DNA of 64,000 nucleotides from Plasmodiophora brassicae (Eukaryota): NCBI GenBank assembly GCA_036867785.1, contig CP145418.1, positions 62,001 to 126,000 of the forward strand, read 5' to 3'. Shown piece by piece: positions 63,521 to 64,000 of this stretch (position 1 is its first letter; each line of letters starts with the position of its first letter). The notes under the pieces were generated by a model. It saw only the letters and a program-made list of their open reading frames with translations, ran no database searches and was not told where the DNA came from. The position numbers and the translations under genes were made by a program.

Positions 63521-63952
63521 TCAATAATAGATGTGGGCATGATCGATGGGGGAAAAATGAATAGGGACGTCGTAATGAATGGAGACGTGATGATGAGTGG
63601 GGGCGTGATGATGGGCGGGAGCGTGTCCGCGTAATCGTTCTTCGCTGTAGGGAGCGACGACTGCCGTGCCCAGCGGCAGCCTCGGTTCCCGTTCCTCCGA
63701 CGCGCCGTTCCTCCTCGTCCACCGCGGGGCCCGATCGATATTTGAGTGCGAGTCAACCGTCTCCGTCTGCTGTGGAGGCCTGTACGTTGGCGGCAGCGCT
63801 GACCTTGGCACCGGCACGGAGGCGAATGTCGTTAGATGCGCGACGAAACGGTTTTTGTCCTGCTCGTGTTGCCGGGCCTTGCTTGAGCAGCAGTTTCCGG
63901 CGCTTGCGATACTCATCACGCCAACCAGCACGATGACGACTGCGAGGCGCAT
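63521..63952 (-). CDS. Small secreted protein (143 aa) with His-rich C-terminus, candidate effector
   Basis: Clear signal peptide MRLAVVIVLVGVMSIASA, then GNCCSS; tail GHAPAHHHAPTHHHVSIHY. Confidence 0.65.
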   Translation of the reverse strand: MRLAVVIVLVGVMSIASAGNCCSSKARQHEQDKNRFVAHLTTFASVPVPRSALPPTYRPPQQTETVDSHSNIDRAPRWTRRNGASEEREPRLPLGTAVVAPYSEERLRGHAPAHHHAPTHHHVSIHYDVPIHFSPIDHAHIYY

Positions 63953-64000
63953 GCCGACGAAACCGTTGTTAGGTGGGCGACGAGTGAAAAGTGAAAACCC

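Overview
Gene-dense, GC-rich eukaryotic DNA with many short (~55-70 bp) GT-AG introns and very small intergenic gaps. The style and the secreted Skp1-like+ankyrin gene suggest a phytomyxid protist such as Plasmodiophora brassicae (inference, not verified). About 22 protein-coding genes can be supported. Housekeeping genes: MYBBP1A/Pol5-like, CTD small phosphatase, class I myosin, DUS2, PPP4R1, Furry/Tao3, a FAM184-like coiled-coil protein, a RAP-domain protein and RPS6. Other genes: an LRR/mucin-like surface protein, a Zn2Cys6 transcription factor and three candidate secreted effectors. There is also a 664-bp hAT-like non-autonomous element with an 8-bp TSD. The most unusual items are: (1) a ~4-kb palindrome (12.7-16.8 kb) with apparently identical 982-bp inner arms carrying two head-to-head orphan repeat-protein genes; (2) an ankyrin-GAF-Fic fusion gene; (3) a class C GPCR-like receptor with two tandem bacterial-type sugar-binding domains; (4) an intact P3A H+-ATPase-like ORF lacking the catalytic motifs; (5) four 7TM-RGS genes, three in tandem, which with items 2-4 form a ~22-kb signalling-rich block; (6) two neighbouring secreted proteins whose signal-peptide cleavage would expose a GNxC acylation-like motif. 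All gene models were spliced by eye and no database searches were run.
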